36,193 bases of DNA. Origin: Octopus bimaculoides (Eukaryota). The stretch is taken from positions 9,706,857 to 9,743,049 of the forward strand of contig NC_068984.1 in NCBI RefSeq assembly GCF_001194135.2. The letters run 5' to 3'. Of this stretch, positions 30,096 through 36,193 are shown in pieces (position 1 is the first letter of the stretch; each line of letters begins with the position of its first letter). A model generated the notes under the pieces. The model worked only from the letters and a program-made list of their open reading frames with translations, was not told the origin of the DNA and made no database searches. A program made the translations under genes and the position numbers.

Positions 30096-32035
30096 TTACT
30101 CTACTGCATAAGATCTAAATTACCATGGATTCCCTTCCTATTTATCATCAAATGCTTTGATCGAGCAGGTTGGGTGTGTCTATTGTCAACACCAACATGA
30201 GAGAAATTCTCTTCTCAGCTTTCATAATAAACAGAGAGCCATTAATGACCACCTGTGCACACATGCAAGTCTACTACTGCTAATTGCTAAAGCAATTATT
30301 TTTTTTTTTTGATAACTCCAGCCCCATCCCAAAATTTCTAAACATCGGCAATTTTCTGGTAATTATAGAAACTATGATTTTTTTTTTAAAATTCAACTCA
30401 TCTTAATTATCGCAGATTATCAAAGTTAATTTTCCTTTTCTCCATAAAACTAGTTCTATCTACATACATATCAATCAATACTGTTTTACTTTGATTTTCT
30501 TTTACAACAAAATGAACAGCACTTTTTGATGAAATATTTCAATCATTTGTAGAATTCCTAACATGTTTTGTAATAAATTAAATTTTCACTTCACAAAGTC
30601 AGGTTTTCTACATTCCATCCGATACAATTAAAATCGCAACATGTCACTGTTAGCTGCAACAACTACCTTCTTCAGAAACAAATTAATCACTCCGAAAAAC
30701 ATACAGAATACACATGTACAAATAACAAAAATCTGGATTTTTTTTTTGTTGTTGTTGTTTTCCCCTAAAACTAAAAATGCGCGATTGGTTTAAAAATCAA
30801 ACAACAGACAAATCAAAGAACACTTTAATTTTGATAAGGAAAAAAAAAATGACAAGCAAACAAAAAACATTACTAAAACATGTTTTAAAATCTAAAACAA
30901 AACTAGACAGGTTTTATAGTTTCCTTATGTATGTTTTGCAAAATACTTGTTTTACAAATTCACTATAAACTAAGTAGAGGTTGGGGGGGGGAGGGAGGCT
31001 TTTTTTTTTTTTATAAACAAAATTGCATCAGCGTTTCAATCTTGACACTATGCCATCGAATCAATCGATCAATCAATCAATATTTACTTATCACAAACAA
31101 GCGTGATTGTACTGCTGTTCAACTTTCAACAAAAAAACAAAACAAATAAAAAAATCACCTCCACTAACCTTGCACAACCACCACCCACTCCACCCCCAAA
31201 TTCACTGCATCCCAAAAGGGTTCGATGGTGGGGAAGGGAAATACCAGGTACTTGCCTTTCCCGTTCTTAGTTTGAGAAAAGGGAAACACAAGCCTAACAA
31301 GAAAATCATTAACGTGAATCATAAGCACCATATAAACTGTGGGGGGAGGGAGAGAGAGAGAGGGGGGGGGGTGTATTTGCTATATCATGTATGAAGAGGC
31401 ATCCATAAGTCTTGTGTAATCATGGGTGATCTGTATATGGAAAGTCTTGTACTGGTTTAACCCTGAGTAGTAGCACCTGTTAGAGTCTCATCTAAGGATT
31501 ATTTAGTGTGTGAACCACTGCGAATGAAGAATCACTAGTTCTCATTAAAATTTTTTTCTAGAATATAAACTCATAAAAAGAAATAAAAGACCTGAAGTAC
31601 AGTTGGTTTCAGGTTATCTTAACCTGTTGTGCCACTGGTTTTATAACTGGCTGCACTGAGAAGTGGCTTCAGTGTGGTGCAACACTAAATTCACGCAACT
31701 TCTTGGATTCTTTGAATGTTTGTATGGACTTGCTGAGTTTTAGGAAATGGTCTTACTCAATCGCAAACTGACTTCCACCAGAAACCCACATGTAAGCAGC
31801 ATTGTCTGCATTTGAAAAAGTGCATGCTGTCTGCAAACCATGTCTTGGTGCTGCATATTCTTCATGTACACTTTTCTTCATCAGCAATCCTCAGCCTTTC
31901 CTCGTCTTTCTAAACCCTTGTCTACTTTCCCTAATGAAGAATTTAGTAAAATAACTGCCGTTATTAAGCTGATGCTTGAAATATAAATTAGCATGAAATT
32001 TTGAAGAAACATTTTAATTCAGATCACTTTATACA

Positions 32036-32345
32036 TTCATTATCATTGTTTAATGTCCGTTGTCTATGTTGGCATGGGATGGATAGTTTGACCAGGGCTG
32101 GTAAGCTGAGGGCCTGCACCAAACTCCAGGATAATCTGGTATGGTTCCTACAGCTGGATACCCTTCCTAACGCCAACCACTCCAAGACTGTAACGGGTGC
32201 TTCTACATCCTACCGGCATGGGCGCCTATTGCATAACACCAGTATCCGCCATCACTTGGCTTGATGGGTCTTCTACTCAAGCACAGCATATTACCAAAGG
32301 TCTCGGTCATTTGTCATTGCCCCAGTGAGGCCCAACACTCAAAAA
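32036..32345 (-). mobile_element. Family A SINE (single-unit version of the 42-bp motif at its end)
   Basis: Family A tail and body. Ends CCAGTGAGGCCCAACACTCAAAAA. Confidence 0.8.
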
Positions 32346-32794
32346 AGTAAATATACATTGAAAAGGTATATACATAGTTACTCTTTATTTGTTTTTGTGT
32401 ACAGTGGTTGGTAGTTAAAGTACTTCAGTACACATCAACAGATCACAAATCCAAACCTTACTAACCAATACAGGACCCTTTATGTGGTCAGTCAACTTGT
32501 TCAAAACCTCCCACAAATCACAATACTGTCTTTAAAAAAAAAATAGTTATACACTGGATGATGTAGTCCTAGATACACTATACTAAATAAAAGACTAAGT
32601 GGTCAAAGACAACTTTAATTATAGTTGTCAAGGACAACTTTAATTAACAGAATTAACCTGAGGTTAAACAACTTTACTGCTTCACAATGTCTTTAATCAA
32701 AGGAAATAAATCTAAATAGTCTTCATTAATGTAGCTAAAAATAGATAGAAACAACAAATTTGTAACTGAGTATATGGCACACAATGCTCTCTCC

Positions 32795-32826
<32 letters not shown>

Positions 32827-34484
32827 ATAATTCTGTTGCTCCTTTTTCTCTCATCCTATCTCCACTGCATCACTTTCTCCCATCCTGCCCTTATGTCTTT
32901 CATTTCGTTTTTCTATTCAGTCTACTTACCAACAACCAGTGTGTAGCTGCCCATCACTGCCTTATTTCCATATTGCCCCTGATAATCTGTTTTTCCAATG
33001 TTTTATCCCTTGTGATGTCAACCCTGGTTCTATGATACAAATTAAAATCATCCATCAAAATTTCATGTTAAAACACCAATTTAAAAAATGACAGCTACTT
33101 CACTAAACATTTCATTATTTTCATACAATTTGAAACAAAGAAAGCAATCTATTCCAACAGAAACATGATAATAAAAGGGTTAAAGAAATCTATTTGAACA
33201 GCTTGTGAATCTCCATCAGGAACAAATACCTGTGCTCATCAAAGAAAGCCATCATTATTTCCTTCAGTTCACAATTCCTTAGTTCTGTGACTCAGATTCT
33301 CACCCGTACCTGTCATCCTGCAACATGGAGGAAGAATACAAAATATGTCGGATTACTGAAATTTGGCAAGAACCATCAGGCAGGTTTTCCCATAGAGGTG
33401 TCGGTGATGCTATTTGTAAGCACTTTTATGTTAGCTACATTGCTTATGGTTGCAATAGAACGAGGGTGTCATGGAATTTGGCAAGGAATAGCAGAGGGTA
33501 GGATAGAAATGAAGTGTCACAGTATACGGTTAGGCATGCCGCTAAACCTAAAATATTTCCAGAAAAAAAGGTGGATGTGGAGAGGTGTAACAGAAATATA
33601 AAATGGTACTTTTCCTACTTTCCTGTGGGTGGTCATGATTGTCAGATATGCAACACAAACATTAGCAGATTAAAAACACTGATAGAATAAGAATACAATT
33701 TTGAAAGAAATAGTAAAAGAAATAAAGAAAGAAATTTGAGGGTGCCATCAATCAAAAAAATGTTGAAAAATATTGGTATAAAAGTCTGAAGGTAAGAATT
33801 AATCATTTCTTTGACAAACATATTGTTATATCAAAAACGAAAAACAAGAATAACATTGAAGCAGACAGTCAGATTTAATCTTTTAATATCCTTTCTTTTT
33901 AACACTGTAAAAGTATTTCAGCAACCTCTGTGCACTAGCTTTTCAAAGAATTTCCATTGTTGAAGAAATCAATAAATTCTGACAAATAAATAAAAATGGA
34001 AGACATAATAGAGTGAAAGGAAGGTTTGGGTGTTGACCATAAGATCAGGGGTTCAAGCTTTACTCAGTTTCCTTTGTTATACTCCCCCTTCAGACAAAGT
34101 GCTACTTGCCTTGTCAAACAATGTTAGTATTACAGAAGAGAGATGCAACCATTTGTAGTGAATGCTTGTTTGTAATTATTTAAAGATTAGGACGAAGAAA
34201 AATACAACTAACCAAATCAATTAGGCACCAACTAAACCAACAACCAATGATTTATAGTCTGACACAGGTATAAGCTGTGTCTTTAGCAATGTCTCTCATT
34301 TCTGTAGATTATCAAGTTACAGACAGGTACCAGGCCAAGGCAATACAGCCCCATGTCTATAAACAACTTCACACTTTGATATATAACCACCAAATGTTTA
34401 TTAGCTTACACTTCTGAACTAAAACTCGCAACAGCAAAGTCTACTAAGTCTTATATAGGTACCGTGCAAGAGAGGTTAGGCCAA

Positions 34485-35160
34485 CCAAAAGCCTTGTGAG
34501 TGGATTTAGTAGATGAAAGCTGAAAGAAGCCCATTGTGTGTGTATATATATATGTGTGCGTGTGTGTATTTGTTCTCCCACCTCCCACCCCAGCCTTCGC
34601 TTGACAACAGATATTGGTGTGTCTACTGGGGTCGATTTCTTCAACTAAAACCCTTTAAGGTGGTGCTCCAGCATGGCCAGGTCATTGCCAGCGAGGTCAT
34701 TGCCAGTGCCGCTGGACTGACTCCTGGGCAGGTGGCATGTAAAAAATACCTTTTGAGCATGGTCATTGCCAGTACCGCCTGACTGGCCCTCGTGCTGGTG
34801 GCACATAAAAGCACCCGCTACACTCTCAGAGTAGTTGGCATTAGAAAGGGCATCCAGCTGTAGAAACTCTGCTAGATCAGATTGGAGCCTGCTGCAGCCA
34901 TCCGGTTCACCAGTCCGCAGTCAAATCGTCCAACCCATGCTAGCATGGAAAGCGGACATTAGATGATGATGATGATGATATATGTATATATATATATATA
35001 AGGCAAGCTGGCAGAATCGTTAGCATGCTGGACAAAATGCTTAGTGGTACTTTGCTTGTCGCTACTTTGAGATCAAATTCCACCGAGGTCAACTTTGCCT
35101 TTCATCCTTTCAGGGTTGATAAATTAAGTACCAGTTACATACTGAGGTTGATCTAATTGA
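34485..35160 (+). mobile_element. SINE pile-up: family C partial (34485-34680), family A (34681-34978), family D (34998-35160)
   Basis: Diagnostic motifs of each family in succession on the plus strand. Confidence 0.8.
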
Positions 35161-35936
35161 TCCTCTTCACAAAATAGCCACTGTCCAGCTACTTTGTCAG
35201 TTCACTCATACTGCCTTAGATTCTAATTCCATCCTGACAATATTTCTAATAAAGTACCCAGTCCCAGTATTTAATTCGTTTTGGAAAAATAATCAATAAA
35301 TCCGCAGGATTTAGTATAACAACTATTATTTATTCATTATTTAGCTGATACTTGGCGCACACCTTAAAAGGTTCTTGCATGAAATTATGATAGGAAGTTT
35401 TAATTTAAATATTAACATTTTAAAAGGAAAAGTCTCAGGTGAATAGTTGTTCAATGAATTAACTCACTCCTCTTCAATCGCTAAAGATCATTAGCAACGA
35501 TTCTTGTTTATGTTTGGTTATTATGTAACATCAAACAAATAGTTCATACAGCTTGTCTTCTGATCAAAGAAACCCTTTCCACTCTAGTGACAGTGTTATT
35601 AACACCTCTAATTACAGAGGTATTAGCACCATTAATACCTTGCTAATTACATCACCTATTTAACAGAAATATTTCCATTCCATTTTGTTGTATGTTGGAA
35701 GGGTTATTGTGCCAATAATAAACACACACACTGGTTCTGTTTCACTAGGACATGTCACTGAAGAGGTCATGCATGGTGACGAAAGAACTTTGGCAAACAT
35801 AACTGATCAATCGAATTCATTGAATGATCATTCAAAGAATCAATTTGCTAAATGGTTAATCAACTGACAAATACCAGTTGTCAAGCCATCGTGGAGGACA
35901 AACAAAGGACAAACAAAGACACACACATACATATAA

Positions 35937-35963
<27 letters not shown>

Positions 35964-35968
<5 letters not shown>

Positions 35969-36193
35969 GCTAGTGAGAGCTGTGCGAGCCATGTACAGAG
36001 ATGCGGCCAGTAAGGTGAGGGTTGGAAATGAGTACAGCAATGAATTCCGGGTAGAGGTAGGGGTCCACCAAGGTTCCGTCCTCAGCCCCCTATTATTTAC
36101 CATAGTCCTCCAGGCAATCACAGAGGAGTTCAAGACAGGTTGCCCCTGGGAGCTCCTCTATGCTGATGACCTTGCCCTAATTGCGGAGTCACT
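35964..36193 (+). mobile_element. 5'-truncated RTE-clade LINE with an intact reverse-transcriptase frame, running off the window end
   Basis: Stop-free frame KWLVRAVRAMYRDAASKVRVGNEYSNEFRVEVGVHQGSVLSPLLFTIVLQAITEEFKTGCPWELLYADDLALIAES, with QGSVLSP and YADD (36159-36170). It is missed by the ORF track and abuts the (TA)n of a minus-strand family C fragment (35860-35962). Confidence 0.93.

Noticed and set aside
33287-33601. 104-codon GTG-started ORF
   Set aside because: Non-ATG start, no recognisable domain and no convincing splice context.

Overview
AT-rich animal genomic DNA. The repeat families (RTE LINEs, RTE-tailed and CORE-type tRNA SINEs, dense CA/GA microsatellites) look like octopus, which is an inference without a database check. 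It is a short-read style assembly with five N gaps (4495-4821, 9951-10072, 14335-14487, 18982-19002, 26044-26053). Only one host coding exon is supportable: a minus-strand exon (acceptor at 10733/10734, ATG at 10605, GT donor after 9494) of an unrecognised protein with a long low-complexity N-terminus and a two-helix transmembrane segment, interrupted by a gap. The rest is intron or intergenic DNA packed with nested mobile elements: a full-length but dead Tc1-type element with DD36E spacing, a mariner deletion derivative, three hAT MITEs with 8-bp TSDs, a Helentron-associated (DINE/pearl-like) element, four RTE LINE fragments, five or six SINE families and several minisatellites. The most notable signal is a set of inverted-repeat or fold-back non-coding elements. 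One of them (10889-11214) carries a near-canonical minimal type I hammerhead ribozyme with a palindromic stem III. Another (29471-29720) keeps only the first half of a hammerhead core. SINE boundaries are approximate; TIR, TSD and splice coordinates were counted by hand.
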